DNA of 64,000 nt from a phage. Positions 18,105 to 27,658 of this stretch are shown here, piece by piece. Made by a program: the position numbers and the translations under genes. The stretch is taken from NCBI GenBank assembly GCA_026683435.1, contig GCA_026683435.1_4866.1, one strand, 5' to 3'. Numbering within the stretch: the stretch's first letter is position 1; each line of letters opens with the position of its first letter. A model generated the notes under the pieces. The model did no database searches. It was not told where the DNA came from and was given only the letters and a program-made list of their open reading frames with translations.

Positions 18105-19424
18105 CTATAGCGGTGGATACCAAGGGACCGGGGCGGTTTTGCTATATGGACTGTAGACCATATAGCCGCCTTTGCTTGGGTCGTAATAGATGAAATAGTT
18201 ACAGTAATTCGAGTAGAGGCTCGTCATTTGTTTGGATTGGTATCCGTTACGGTATAGTCCCTGGTAAGTAGTAGCTGATGTCGTGGTGGTGTAAGCAGTG
18301 TGGTACAGTACCCGACGCCGGTTAGCAATACTTTCTTGGAACATCTCTTCGGTCGGAAACGCGTGTTGCATCAGCCGTCGAATACTCCCGGTACAGTATC
18401 GAGTGCCATACGGGGAACCCGTTAAATCATCCGCCGTTTCAGGCGATTCTGCCCGAGTCAACACGTACTCGTTTTGATACAACGTGACGCTCATCGAATT
18501 TGGGCTGGTTTCCCGGAAACTCATGTAACGCGCATAACGTTCGACGTCCTCTTCCTGCGCCAAATAGGCCACGTTATTTTTCGGACCAAAGTGCAAGAAG
18601 AACGGACGACGGAGATTACCCATATCCTCAGGTGGCGTCAACTTCACGCAGTAATTGTACTCCCCACGCATATCAGGGTCTAAGCCTGGGTTGTTATTGC
18701 GTGTAGCGACATACCCATAGAGGTCATACGGGTTATCAGTAGCAGCATTACCGATAGTGAACGGGATGCCCGACCATGCCGACAGCGCCGCGATGAACTG
18801 GGTCATGTACGAGTTACTGTTTAGTCGCAGCGGGGTACCCATTGGAATATTGATTATCTGTTGGGTGTACATGCTCCAGTCGAGTCGATAGACCGTGCTG
18901 TAAACATCCATGGGTTCCCAAGCCCCGGTTTCGGTGGTGTGGTACAAGTCGGCAAAGCTGGGCTCTTCACGAATAAAGCTAATAGGAATGTGACCCGTGA
19001 ATGCGGGGTTATCCGATTTAATCGCCACCGTCCGATCGCCCGTTGCCACAGTGATCATTGCAAACTGGCTGTCGGGATACGTTAAATCGTCAGCAGTAAG
19101 CACCAACCCACAAGCTGCGGAAATCCGGTCGATGATGTCGCGGTAGGACGTCGCCCGATAAGGTACTTTAACCGGTACGCTGACGCCTTTAAAATACTGC
19201 GAAAGGTTTAAGCGGTCGTAGTAGATGTCCATCTTACCGCTGTAACCACCACCCTGTAATCCGTTTACCACTATACGGCTGTTGCGGCCATCGCGCAAGG
19301 CATTGGTTAAAGGACCTTGTAATAACGCCACGTTTGTTGCGTTGAGTGGTTTCTTGAGCTGCGGGTTATCACGATTAATCTGATCCCAAACCAGCTGCAT
19401 GACAGGTTTGTTATAGTTGATCAT
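18105..19424 (-). CDS. fibre-like protein with family N-terminal module (439 aa)
   Basis: N-terminal 'MDIYYDRLNLSQYF' module and C-terminal 'YSKTAPVPWYPPL'. Confidence 0.7.
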   Translation of the reverse strand: MINYNKPVMQLVWDQINRDNPQLKKPLNATNVALLQGPLTNALRDGRNSRIVVNGLQGGGYSGKMDIYYDRLNLSQYFKGVSVPVKVPYRATSYRDIIDRISAACGLVLTADDLTYPDSQFAMITVATGDRTVAIKSDNPAFTGHIPISFIREEPSFADLYHTTETGAWEPMDVYSTVYRLDWSMYTQQIINIPMGTPLRLNSNSYMTQFIAALSAWSGIPFTIGNAATDNPYDLYGYVATRNNNPGLDPDMRGEYNYCVKLTPPEDMGNLRRPFFLHFGPKNNVAYLAQEEDVERYARYMSFRETSPNSMSVTLYQNEYVLTRAESPETADDLTGSPYGTRYCTGSIRRLMQHAFPTEEMFQESIANRRRVLYHTAYTTTTSATTYQGLYRNGYQSKQMTSLYSNYCNYFIYYDPSKGGYMVYSPYSKTAPVPWYPPL

Positions 19425-19429
19425 TGCAA

Positions 19430-19466
19430 CGTCCTAAAAAAAGAAAATAGGCCCTTCGGGGCCTAT
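19430..19466 (-). terminator. intrinsic terminator
   Basis: Stem ATAGGCCC/GGGCCTAT with TTCG loop on the transcript, then T-run, immediately before the start at 19424. Confidence 0.5.
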
Positions 19467-19639
19467 TTTTAGCTGTTATGGTGAAGTACGCTATCCCTTT
19501 AACTCCAGCTGATTCGACCTGCGTGTTGGGGATTATCCCGCTGAATGAGCCGACACAACAGCTCAAGTGCAGTGGATGAGTAAAACCCCATATTAGCTCC
19601 TGTTAGCTAAGAACCAATTCGATAACGTGGACTACCGAC

Positions 19640-20078
19640 GCGCTACTGTTCGAAGAGATGTACGATGGTGAGTCTGGATAAGTGGCGCGATAATACCACG
19701 TGTTGGCGTTGCCAGCGATTTGATAGGCGCGTCTACCGACTGTACACTGCTATCAGATAACCAAACACCGTATAAATCACGTAGAGCTGGGAGAAGATCC
19801 CGCACGGTCTTGGCCGTTTGTGGTACGTAGACGCGCGGAGCTATTTAAAATAGATCTGATAATGTTAAACGGTCGTAATAAACCGTGCACTCCCCAGAGA
19901 AACCTTTACCGGGTTTACCTACCAACGTAATTACCGTGTTACGACCATTCTTAGTGGTCTCGGCAGGAATACCCCTCACCCCAATCGAATCAGCGCTGAT
20001 TCTTCCTGCGAGTTCAGGGTTATCCCTTACAACCTGTTGGCAGAGCAGTTCCAGTTCGGGTGCGCTATACAATCCCAT
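19640..20078 (-). pseudogene. truncated, decayed copy of the 472-aa fibre paralogue
   Basis: First 77 codons are about 75% identical to the N-terminus of 21991-23409 and end at a TAA where the intact copy has Lys. About 68 further codons still resemble the paralogue, then the frame ends. The following 200 bp or so has no ORF. Confidence 0.55.
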
Positions 20079-20089
20079 GAAGTCTCCTG

Positions 20090-21025
20090 TTAAGGCAGAA
20101 CGAGTTCAAGTACCGCAATAGAACGTATTGTATCGGTTTCGTATCTACCGTTCGACGGCGACTCTGGGTAAGGTGGACGGCTGTACCACTGATTGTAAAT
20201 GTCAGACATAGTCGCAAAGAGTGCAGATTGCGGGGCAGTAGTCGAATCGGTTGGACCGACCGGAAGGTCGTCAAAGCGCGGCAACTGCCCACTGTAGTTG
20301 TACAGGCGCGCGAAAGTGTTAAACCACTCACCGTCGAGATACAGCTCGGTCTTACCGCTTCTAACGTTAGTCGTCCAGAATCTGTAGTCGAACAAATACG
20401 GCAAACGCACCACGTATTCGTAACCGTTCTTCGCCACCGTGCGGCGTTGGTTACGTGCAGTGGCCCAGCTCGGTACAAATCCATTGCCATCCTGGCCGTA
20501 CATCAGCCCCTGGTTATAAATGAACTGCGGGCTAGCGTATATTATCGCGTTATCGGACATAAACAGAATACGGTTTTTGTAAATGAACTTATGCCAGGCA
20601 CCAACGGCGGAACTGAACATATTCACCACGAGGCTGTTCAGTTCCGTGTTAGTGAATAACTCTGTTGGCGTTACTGTTCCAAAGTATCCAGCGTGCCAGT
20701 CGCCGTATAACAGCTTCTGGGGGCCAGGCCCGGTGTCTAAAAAGAACCCTTGGGCGGTAGGGGTGTTGAAGACACGCTCACCGTCTTTAACCGCAGCTAT
20801 CCAATAACGGTAAGTGGTGTTGTTTTCCACAGCGTTGTCTTCGTACGATGTAGCGTCACCCGGAAGGGTTGCCAGAGGCGTTCCCGGTGCATTAACATCA
20901 ATGGTGGCGTTGCCCGGCGTCTTGCGATAGATTTCGATGCTATCGAGCGCCTGTGGCTTCCGTTGTGCAAAGTTTAATGTAATAGGCATGATTAATCCTC
21001 GATAAGCTCGATTACTGGAATCCAA
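20090..21025 (-). CDS. fibre-module protein, 311 aa (paralogue of 23423-24346)
   Basis: Shared 'IEIYRK..NATIDV', 'TYRYW(I/V)AAVKD', 'DTGPGPQ..L.GDW..GYFGTV' and C-terminal 'ELVLP' motifs. Confidence 0.7.
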   Translation of the reverse strand: MDSSNRAYRGLIMPITLNFAQRKPQALDSIEIYRKTPGNATIDVNAPGTPLATLPGDATSYEDNAVENNTTYRYWIAAVKDGERVFNTPTAQGFFLDTGPGPQKLLYGDWHAGYFGTVTPTELFTNTELNSLVVNMFSSAVGAWHKFIYKNRILFMSDNAIIYASPQFIYNQGLMYGQDGNGFVPSWATARNQRRTVAKNGYEYVVRLPYLFDYRFWTTNVRSGKTELYLDGEWFNTFARLYNYSGQLPRFDDLPVGPTDSTTAPQSALFATMSDIYNQWYSRPPYPESPSNGRYETDTIRSIAVLELVLP

Positions 21026-21978
21026 ACACCGCCCGCGGTCGCACCAGCGACATGTTGTATACGCTGGAGGTTATCCACGGTATCAGTGGAACCCGCCGCC
21101 GTTCCGCGCGTCAGCCCCAACTTACGGTCTGGGTCAAACTCCTGACAATGCGCCCCGCGGCCACTCACCGCCGATCCACTTCCGAATATGCTGGTGTTCG
21201 ACCACTTTATCAGGGACATCACTTTTTTCTTTTCTGGGAACCAGCTACTTATCCCATAGATGAGTCGGTTGTATTCGCTATCGGCAGTATACGGTGACGC
21301 GTCATGGAGTTTACCGTCCCACTGTGCATCGAGTGTCATGACCGGGCTTTCACTGTCGAGTGTTAAACCGCGCAGCAGGCGCATCCGATAGCGGTCACCC
21401 AACCACGTAAACTCCCCAGCCTGGTCAACGTCAGGTAAATCACCATGACCGCCTTCCGGACCAGGTCCCGCCACACCGTACAGCAAACCCGCGTTATAAA
21501 TCGCATCACGGCTATACAGCGTGTTGCCGTTCACACGAAGACCACTAAACAGATACAGAATTTTACCGTCTAGCTGGAACTTCATCAAGCCCGGCTTAAC
21601 AGTTGGGTCGTATCCAGAAAGGGCCACAAACCCTGGCGGATAATCAGCCGCGCTAGGCAATTCACCGTACGCCACATACCCGTAATACGCAAAGCGGTCA
21701 TCACCGTACTGTGGAGCCACGATGCCGATACCGCGACGGTTCTGAATTAGAATTGATTTCTGCGGACTGAACAGTGTCCGACTTCCCACTGTCACGGTGG
21801 TCATGTAGTAATACGTTGTCCCCAGTATCGCTGTTCGGTCAGTATACTCAGTTTCCCCGTTAGTGAACGTTGCCAGGGGTTCAGGTAATGCCGTACGCAC
21901 CAGAGGTTTGGTGTCGCGGTACAGCTTCACGGTCGAAGCCCCAGGGTTATTGTTCGTCCAACGAATTGTAAAAGCCAT
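20992..21978 (-). CDS. fibre-module protein, 328 aa (paralogue of 24356-25354)
   Basis: Shared 'F(T)(I/L)RW.N.N', 'LPEP(L/I)AT(F/L).NGETE', 'PGPEGGHGDLP' and C-terminal 'ELI' motifs. Confidence 0.7.
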   Translation of the reverse strand: MAFTIRWTNNNPGASTVKLYRDTKPLVRTALPEPLATFTNGETEYTDRTAILGTTYYYMTTVTVGSRTLFSPQKSILIQNRRGIGIVAPQYGDDRFAYYGYVAYGELPSAADYPPGFVALSGYDPTVKPGLMKFQLDGKILYLFSGLRVNGNTLYSRDAIYNAGLLYGVAGPGPEGGHGDLPDVDQAGEFTWLGDRYRMRLLRGLTLDSESPVMTLDAQWDGKLHDASPYTADSEYNRLIYGISSWFPEKKKVMSLIKWSNTSIFGSGSAVSGRGAHCQEFDPDRKLGLTRGTAAGSTDTVDNLQRIQHVAGATAGGVWIPVIELIED

Positions 21979-21990
21979 TGTCGTTACCTC

Positions 21991-23409
21991 TTATTGGAAT
22001 CCATCCAACTCACCGTTAGTATCGCCCAGAGTAATTTTTGAAGGTTGGGCGATTTGGTCAGTCGTGAGAATAATCGGTCTAATCTTAACGCTAGCCATGC
22101 CTGTTACCGCGACGGAATATGCACGTTCATCATTGTCCGTCGTGGCAAGCAGAGGACGTGGATTCGCTGCAGCGGAGGTTTCCGTAATAGGCACCACACG
22201 AAGCGATTCGTTTTGGTCGATGTCTGTCAGAGTAACCACGGACGGTGCCCATGTCAGTTCTGCACCTTCGTCAATCAACGGCACAGGTTCATTGGCAACA
22301 TCAAACATCTCCAGGATTGGCCAAAAGCCAGAAGAGGTGTGGATGTATGTGTATGAACGATAGCTCCCACTGATAGACTGGTAATACGCTTGGTCGGCAC
22401 CGAACTGGTGTCGTAACCACACGTAATCCAGGAAGTTAGCATCAGTCGTGCTAAGAGTTCCCCATTCCCCATATACGTTCACCGACCCCAATTTGCTGGT
22501 CAGTGACAGGATAGAGGTGATTGACGGCGGTTTACTCCAATCAGGCGCGGCGGCGTTCTCGGTGTAATACGGGATAGACATTCTGAAATAATGCGTTCCT
22601 TCATCATCCCGTTTTACCATGTATTTCAACTGTTCAACATCGACAGGTGTGTAAGTCGACTTCGGGCGAGGTCCTGCGTCTCCGGAATCAAATATTGCAC
22701 CCTTGTTGTACAGGTCTGCCCAGGTAACGTTGCAAATCGCACGGGTCGGAACAAACACTACCGCCCCATTCAGAAAGAATTTGAGCCACTTGATAGCGTA
22801 GCGGTTAGGCCAGTTGGTGCCGTTATAGAGGGCATACACCATTTCATCAGATGTGAATAACTCTTCCGCGCTTACCAACCCAAAGAATCCGTATAACTCA
22901 TTACCGGCCATTAATCCTTTTGGCCCAGGACCCGATTTCGGATACATCGCAATCGGTTCGTAAACATAGGTCATCTTGCATGACCCGGTATAACACAAGG
23001 AGTTAGCGTGCGCCGTCAGAGTTACAGTTTCCGGCGTAGCGTATTTCATTAATGCAACGTTTGGACTGGTGATGTCACTCGCGGTTAAGTTCAACCCGTT
23101 CAATTCATTGAACGCCGGTAACGCTTCCGCATGGGTTTGTGCGCTACGTGGAATACTCACCATATTCGGGCCAGACTTGAACAGACTGGCCAGATTCAAC
23201 CGGTCGTAATATACCGTTATTTCCCCAGCAAATCCTTTACCGGGTTTTCCTACCAACGTAATCTGTGTGTTTCGTCCGTTAACGTTTTTCGCAACAGGAA
23301 CACCCCTGACCCCAATGGAGTCAGCGGTGATTTTTCCTGCTAAACCGGGATTGTCACGCACAATTTGTTGGCAGAGCAGTTCCATTGAAGGTTCTGTATA
23401 CAACCCCAT
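21991..23409 (-). CDS. fibre-like protein, 472 aa: family N-module plus GPGP/GYFG module
   Basis: 'ITVYYDRLNLASLF', 'PKSGPGPKGL', C-terminal 'NGELDGFQ'. Confidence 0.75.
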   Translation of the reverse strand: MGLYTEPSMELLCQQIVRDNPGLAGKITADSIGVRGVPVAKNVNGRNTQITLVGKPGKGFAGEITVYYDRLNLASLFKSGPNMVSIPRSAQTHAEALPAFNELNGLNLTASDITSPNVALMKYATPETVTLTAHANSLCYTGSCKMTYVYEPIAMYPKSGPGPKGLMAGNELYGFFGLVSAEELFTSDEMVYALYNGTNWPNRYAIKWLKFFLNGAVVFVPTRAICNVTWADLYNKGAIFDSGDAGPRPKSTYTPVDVEQLKYMVKRDDEGTHYFRMSIPYYTENAAAPDWSKPPSITSILSLTSKLGSVNVYGEWGTLSTTDANFLDYVWLRHQFGADQAYYQSISGSYRSYTYIHTSSGFWPILEMFDVANEPVPLIDEGAELTWAPSVVTLTDIDQNESLRVVPITETSAAANPRPLLATTDNDERAYSVAVTGMASVKIRPIILTTDQIAQPSKITLGDTNGELDGFQ

Positions 23410-23422
23410 GGTATTTACTCCA

Positions 23423-24346
23423 TTACGGTAAGACTAATTCAAAAGCAAAGAACATCGTGGCCGAGTTCCCGACACCTGAGGTGTTACTAATCCCCATAGG
23501 CGCATAACCGTACGCATAAGCGAAAATGTTGTTGCTCCATAAAGGAGCTAATGCAGCAGCACCTGTTTCGTTAGGCTGGTAAGTTGAACCTTGCGCCGGT
23601 ATTGAATCGATGGCACCAAGACCAATAGGCGGGAACTGTGAACCGACAGGATACAAACGGCCCATTGTGTTTCGCCATTCACCGTTGTTGTAATCCTGTC
23701 CTGAGAGTGCCGCGTCGTACGGGACTGCGTAAGGTAACCGGATACGGTACGTACGACCATCCTTCGTGACCTTACAATCTTGTTTGGTCGCCGTGGCCCC
23801 CAGCGGAACAATACTTCCGTCATCATCGGTCCCGTACATCATGCCGTACTGATACGCCATTTGTACCGAGTTGCTTTTCGAATGCATCGTCGCTGGGAAG
23901 AAGACAATTCGCCCACGGAAAATAAACTTGTGCCATTCCTGAGGGTCGTAAGTAAACATGTTTCCCTGCTGCGCGGTTAACATGAGTTTTAACTCGGCAG
24001 TATTAAAGAACTCGGTATTAGATACCGTACCGAAATAGCCTGACGCCCAATCGCCACGCAAAATAGTTTGTGGCCCCGGTCCAGTGTCCGGATAGAACCC
24101 TTGCGTAATCGGATTGCCGATAAGTCGTTCATTATCTTTCACAGCAGCTACCCAGTAACGATAAGTTGTATTCTTCGTCAGGGTATCGATATTATCTACG
24201 AACTCTACCGCGCTACCGGATAAGGTGGCGTGGGGTGTACCTGGGTTGTAAACGTCGATTGTTGCGTTCCATCCTTCCTTGCGGTAGATTTCAATCGCGG
24301 TAAGACCTTTGCTGGCTTGGGACGGCCAGCTTAACCGTATAGTCAT
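23423..24346 (-). CDS. fibre-module protein, 307 aa
   Basis: 'PDTGPGPQTILRGDWASGYFGTV' and C-terminal 'FELVLP'. Confidence 0.75.
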   Translation of the reverse strand: MTIRLSWPSQASKGLTAIEIYRKEGWNATIDVYNPGTPHATLSGSAVEFVDNIDTLTKNTTYRYWVAAVKDNERLIGNPITQGFYPDTGPGPQTILRGDWASGYFGTVSNTEFFNTAELKLMLTAQQGNMFTYDPQEWHKFIFRGRIVFFPATMHSKSNSVQMAYQYGMMYGTDDDGSIVPLGATATKQDCKVTKDGRTYRIRLPYAVPYDAALSGQDYNNGEWRNTMGRLYPVGSQFPPIGLGAIDSIPAQGSTYQPNETGAAALAPLWSNNIFAYAYGYAPMGISNTSGVGNSATMFFAFELVLP

Positions 24347-24355
24347 GACTGCCCC

Positions 24356-25354
24356 TTACTCGACCAGTTCAAAGATAGGGTAGTAGCGCCCTTTCGTGGT
24401 GGGTGATAAATAGTTTATACGCTGAATCGTGGATACGGGTGTTCCACCGGCATTGTTAAAAATACCACGATGGAGCACACGGTCTTCCGCGGTATCGTGT
24501 TCCATACAGAGAACACCACCGCCGAAATACTGTGCCAAGGTTCCCAAAGTACCCTGTCCCAGATAAGTATAACCGATTGTTGCCCAGTTAGCCCAACGCT
24601 GTTTCTTCGGCACCTCGTTAACCATCGTGTAAAGTAAATCGTTATACTCACACGGGTTGGTTAGAGAAGCGATTTCATCATGGGTTTTCCCATTATAGTC
24701 AGCTACGAAAGGATACGCAGGAGGCTCGCTAGACGTCGTCAGGCCGCGAGGAAGACGCATAATGTACGTATCCCCTTTGTGGACTATCTTAGCGTCTTGT
24801 GGAGTGGCCGGTAGCGTTCCATGGCCGTTCTCTGGGCCAGCATCGCCCGTACCATAGACTAAACCAGCTTGATAGAGGGAAGCCCAGTCCACAGGCGTAT
24901 TCGGGAACTGCGACGTGTTAGATAGCATGTAATAGATCTTCCCGTTTCGGGTAAATTTATACAACGCCACACGATCGGTTAGTAGGTTAGGGAACATCGC
25001 CAAAAATGCAGGTGGCATTTGCGACGGAAGCCACTGTTCGTCGTAAGGAACCGCACCCATAAACCCTAAACGGTCGTCACCGTTTAGAATAGTCATTGGG
25101 CCTATCCCGCGTTTTACCTCAACAGTATATTTCTGGCTAGACGATGCCACTGTTTTACCGTTGGCGGTTACCGTCAGAAGGTAATAATAGGTTGCGCCTG
25201 GTGTGGCGGTGGTATCACGCCATTCTGTCTCGCCATTTGAGAGCGTTGCAATCGGTTCAGGCAAAGCGCCTGGTGTGATATCTTTAACATCACGGTAGAT
25301 TTTTACTACCGTAGGGATTACGTTTGGATTTTTCCAACGCAAAGTAAAAGACAT
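24356..25354 (-). CDS. fibre-module protein, 332 aa
   Basis: FN3-like N-terminus (MSFTLRWKNPN), 'AGPENGHGTLP', C-terminal 'FELVE'. Confidence 0.75.
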   Translation of the reverse strand: MSFTLRWKNPNVIPTVVKIYRDVKDITPGALPEPIATLSNGETEWRDTTATPGATYYYLLTVTANGKTVASSSQKYTVEVKRGIGPMTILNGDDRLGFMGAVPYDEQWLPSQMPPAFLAMFPNLLTDRVALYKFTRNGKIYYMLSNTSQFPNTPVDWASLYQAGLVYGTGDAGPENGHGTLPATPQDAKIVHKGDTYIMRLPRGLTTSSEPPAYPFVADYNGKTHDEIASLTNPCEYNDLLYTMVNEVPKKQRWANWATIGYTYLGQGTLGTLAQYFGGGVLCMEHDTAEDRVLHRGIFNNAGGTPVSTIQRINYLSPTTKGRYYPIFELVE

Positions 25355-25365
25355 GGATGATACCT

Positions 25366-26778
25366 CTACTTAAAGCCGTCCAGTTCACCGTTAAGAGACG
25401 TTAACGTTGTCTTGTCGGGGGGAGTATACATTTCAGCGGTAGCCGCAATAGGTTGGAAGTCGACTGTCTTCGGCAGCATTAATGCAGGCGGATGCAGTGC
25501 GAAACTGTTTTCTGAAGTAACAACTACCGGTTCGAAATCGGTAGTATCTGGATTACCGAGCACCAACGGCTTGAGACTAAACGTGTTTTCTGCGGACACG
25601 CTGCACGGTTGGAGGCTGTAATCTACCGCGCCGTGGATATCTTCTAAGCCCAAGGTAACCGTGGACTTATCCACCAACTCTAGCACCGGGAACCAGTAGT
25701 AGTTGCCTGCGCTCGATGATTTTTCTAAGTTTGTCCAACTGGCTCCAGACAACGTCGCCATGCGATGATAGGCGACGTTGGTCTTCAGTGTATCTTTCAA
25801 TAAACAGAACAGCGTCCAGTAACTGTTAATCGGTTTGTCCCACGTTCCATTATACAGAAAGTTGAACATCTCAAACTCACTACCTGCTAACTCAGCGGCA
25901 GTTGGGGTGCCGCTGACGTATGGGTCTTTCCCGGCACTAGGTAGACGAACACGGAAGTAAAACCTTTTGTTGTCTGCGCCTGTAAAGCTAATGATGCGTC
26001 CCTGGTTAACGGGCGTCGCCGCAGGGTATTTACCATTATCATCTGTTCCGTAAACGAGTCCGTTTGTATATAATGTATTCCAGGAGATGGAGCTAGCGAC
26101 AGGACTGATCGGGAGGTAAATAACCCTACCCTGGTAAAAGAACTTGTACCAACCTTCGGCACCAGAATGTACCGGTGGTAACGCACCGGCCGATATAGTG
26201 GCATTAAGAAGTTGAGAGTGTGTAAACAACTCTGCAATTGTGGTTGTTCCGAAATAACCCGCAATAGTGTTACCTTGCAGCAACGTTTTAGGGCCAGGTC
26301 CAGAATCGGGGTAAATTGCACCGCTCGGGACGGTATAACGTATCGTTAAGCTGCCTGTAAACGCAGGGCAATTACCTGAGATATTTAATTTCAGCGTCTG
26401 CGGCGAAGCGCTCGGTTTAGGTAGACTTGCGTCAGGTAACTGCAAATCAGAAGCAACTAATGTAAGCCCCAATGCGTCGTTTATTGCAGGTAGCGCGTCT
26501 CGTACCGTTAAGACTGTATCTTTGATAGCCACAGTCGGCACAAAATTAAATAAAGTGGCCAGGTTAATCCGGTCGTAGTACACGGTAACATTACCTTGTA
26601 CACCTGTCCCTGGATACCCGGTGAAAACAGCTTTGGTGTTACGTTGGTTTAACGTAACTGAAGTTGGGCCGCTGGTTAAAGCAGCGATAGCCGGCGTCAG
26701 CTTAACAACTAAATCAGGGTTATCCCGATTGACTTGGTCGTATACAAGCAGTGCCGACTCCTTCGAGTAAAATAGCAT
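25366..26778 (-). CDS. fibre-like protein, 470 aa: family N-module plus GPGP/GYFG module
   Basis: 'VTVYYDRINLATLF', 'PDSGPGPKTLLQGN..GYFG', C-terminal 'NGELDGFK'. Confidence 0.75.
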   Translation of the reverse strand: MLFYSKESALLVYDQVNRDNPDLVVKLTPAIAALTSGPTSVTLNQRNTKAVFTGYPGTGVQGNVTVYYDRINLATLFNFVPTVAIKDTVLTVRDALPAINDALGLTLVASDLQLPDASLPKPSASPQTLKLNISGNCPAFTGSLTIRYTVPSGAIYPDSGPGPKTLLQGNTIAGYFGTTTIAELFTHSQLLNATISAGALPPVHSGAEGWYKFFYQGRVIYLPISPVASSISWNTLYTNGLVYGTDDNGKYPAATPVNQGRIISFTGADNKRFYFRVRLPSAGKDPYVSGTPTAAELAGSEFEMFNFLYNGTWDKPINSYWTLFCLLKDTLKTNVAYHRMATLSGASWTNLEKSSSAGNYYWFPVLELVDKSTVTLGLEDIHGAVDYSLQPCSVSAENTFSLKPLVLGNPDTTDFEPVVVTSENSFALHPPALMLPKTVDFQPIAATAEMYTPPDKTTLTSLNGELDGFK

Positions 26779-26827
26779 AGGGACTCCGCATCGCCAAAAG
26801 AGGGGGGGCTCCGAAGAGCCCCTACAC

Positions 26828-27658
26828 TTAGCTGTTATAGTGGTAGTACGCCACGCCTTTCACGCCTTCCTCATCGATACCCGTTTGGACAACCACGCGG
26901 TCGTACGATTTGTTAGCGAACTGAGCGGTGGATGTCGGCACATCCTGAACGGTGTTACTGTTCAGTGGCCCCGCGTAGTTCGGAATACCCAGGTCATCCA
27001 ACACCTTACGCAAACCAGCCCACTGCGGTAGGCCAGAAGCATCTACTGTCAGTAGGTTTTTATACGCGGTAAAGTCAATACCGTACGTCAACAAATCAAT
27101 ACACTTCTTACCGAGAGACGGTGAAATAGGCTCTTGAATCGCATTCAAGACATCCGATTTCACCGAAGTGTCTAGTACCGGTAAACCACGGTTATAACGC
27201 AACGTCGCAGAACCGATATAAGCCGGAGATGTCGATAGCGCTACGATGTTCTGTGTATTGGTGTAATTTGGGGTATTGGGACCCGCCAGTGGGAGGTTAT
27301 AGATATCGATTGCAGAGAAGTTTACTCCGTAAGTATCCAAGAGCACCGAAAAGGCTGAGTGGAGGTTGGGAGCGTCAAACGTGACGAACTGCGCCTGGAC
27401 AGAAGGACCCCACGGCAATAACCGCGCTAAGTTCACACGGTCGTAGTAAACGGTGATTGCGTCTCGAAATCCAGAACCCTGAATACCGCGCAAGCGTGCC
27501 GACGTATTGCGGTTGTTGGAAGCTGCATTAACGGGAACCTGTGTCACTTTCTCCACGTAGCAGTTTGCCGGCGACGCTTTAATAGGTAGGTTTGGGTTAT
27601 CCCGGTTAATGAGGTCAAAGACCAACTCGTTTGACGGCTTAGCATAGTTGATCATCAA
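26828..27658 (-). CDS. paralogue-family protein (276 aa)
   Basis: N-module 'ITVYYDRVNLARLL'; C-terminal 'YYHYNS'. Confidence 0.75.
   Translation of the reverse strand: MMINYAKPSNELVFDLINRDNPNLPIKASPANCYVEKVTQVPVNAASNNRNTSARLRGIQGSGFRDAITVYYDRVNLARLLPWGPSVQAQFVTFDAPNLHSAFSVLLDTYGVNFSAIDIYNLPLAGPNTPNYTNTQNIVALSTSPAYIGSATLRYNRGLPVLDTSVKSDVLNAIQEPISPSLGKKCIDLLTYGIDFTAYKNLLTVDASGLPQWAGLRKVLDDLGIPNYAGPLNSNTVQDVPTSTAQFANKSYDRVVVQTGIDEEGVKGVAYYHYNS

Noticed and set aside
16148-18706. Plus-strand ORFs (16148-16396, 16993-17421, 17204-17581, 17648-17881, 18474-18683, 18500-18706) and similar ones throughout 13-64 kb
   Set aside because: They are shadow ORFs embedded antisense in long, well-supported minus-strand genes.
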